DNA of 46,496 nucleotides from a virus (Duplodnaviria; Heunggongvirae; Uroviricota; Caudoviricetes): IMG/VR virus record IMGVR_UViG_2630968543_000003; one strand, 5' to 3'. Shown piece by piece: positions 46,248 to 46,496 of this stretch (position 1 is its first letter; each line of letters starts with the position of its first letter). The notes under the pieces were generated by a model. It saw only the letters and a program-made list of their open reading frames with translations, ran no database searches and was not told where the DNA came from. The position numbers and the translations under genes were made by a program.

Positions 46248-46496
46248 TTATTGCATAAACCAGTCGTCCGCGGTTTGCCAGACTTCCTGTAGTGTTTCCT
46301 GTACGAACTCCAGTGCTGATTCTTTATCGACGGCTCTTAAAATGGTGAGTCCATCATTGCTGGCAGATTTAACGATCACATCTGCATCGTCATATCGCTT
46401 ACCTATGCGGCGCAGCATTTCTTGCTGCAGAGCAGGAACAGAACCTTTCGGCATTTTGCTGATTTTTTCTTTAGCGATACAGATCTCAACACGCAT
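46248..46496 (-). CDS. dinI: DinI-family damage-inducible protein
   Basis: 82 aa; [11 protein letters not shown]... with C-terminal [14 protein letters not shown] parallels E. coli DinI; the ATG is the last three bases of the window, so its promoter is outside. Confidence 0.7.
   Translation of the reverse strand: MRVEICIAKEKISKMPKGSVPALQQEMLRRIGKRYDDADVIVKSASNDGLTILRAVDKESALEFVQETLQEVWQTADDWFMQ

Larger units (their letters stand above)
1..46496. mobile_element. lambda-like (lambdoid) prophage spanning the whole window; attachment sites not identifiable inside the window
   Basis: Colinear order int-xis, immunity, replication, Q, lysis, cos, Nu1-A-W-B-C-D-E-FI-FII-Z-U-V-G-T-H-M-L-K-I-J, lom, stf; lambda cosN 12-mer at 23063-23074. 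Confidence 0.9.

Noticed and set aside
1-46496. CRISPR arrays, Shiga toxin genes, restriction-modification or toxin-antitoxin pairs
   Set aside because: No spacer-repeat arrays were seen; the stx position is empty; the only methyltransferase is a truncated fragment; no clear toxin-antitoxin gene pair was recognised.

Overview
The window is almost entirely one lambda-like (lambdoid) siphovirus prophage of an enterobacterial (E. coli-like) host, read in prophage order. All calls come from reading the sequence and the ORF track by eye and from remembered protein families; no searches were run. Left to right: int and xis (minus strand); a tightly coupled leftward early operon of accessory genes (DUF551-like, a DnaN-like two-domain clamp paralog, an antirepressor-like protein, an SPFH lipoprotein with a small membrane partner); an immunity region with a RacR-like repressor lacking a peptidase domain, a second HTH regulator and a divergent Cro-like gene; a helicase-primase replication module; a QuuD-like Q antiterminator; an OmpC-family porin moron on the minus strand with a structured IpeX-like 3' UTR, which has truncated a DNA methyltransferase gene; three tRNAs (Ile-CAU, Arg-UCG, Arg-UCU); an empty stretch where Stx phages carry stxAB; a NanS-p-like sialate O-acetylesterase split from its DUF1737 module; an S21-type pinholin, SAR endolysin, Rz and embedded Rz1; a KilA-N gene; the lambda cosN 12-mer; then a lambda-colinear head and tail module (Nu1, A, W, B, C, D, E, FI, FII, Z, U, V, G, G-T frameshift, H, M, L, K, I, J), lom, a side tail fiber and a DinI-like gene at the right edge. 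No CRISPR array, toxin gene or recognisable multi-gene defence system was found. The most interesting signals are a compact promoter-to-terminator unit that looks like an sRNA gene inserted between tail genes I and J, the DnaN-like half-clamp, the SPFH module, the porin/IpeX moron, and the immunity-region hairpin that sequesters a ribosome-binding site.
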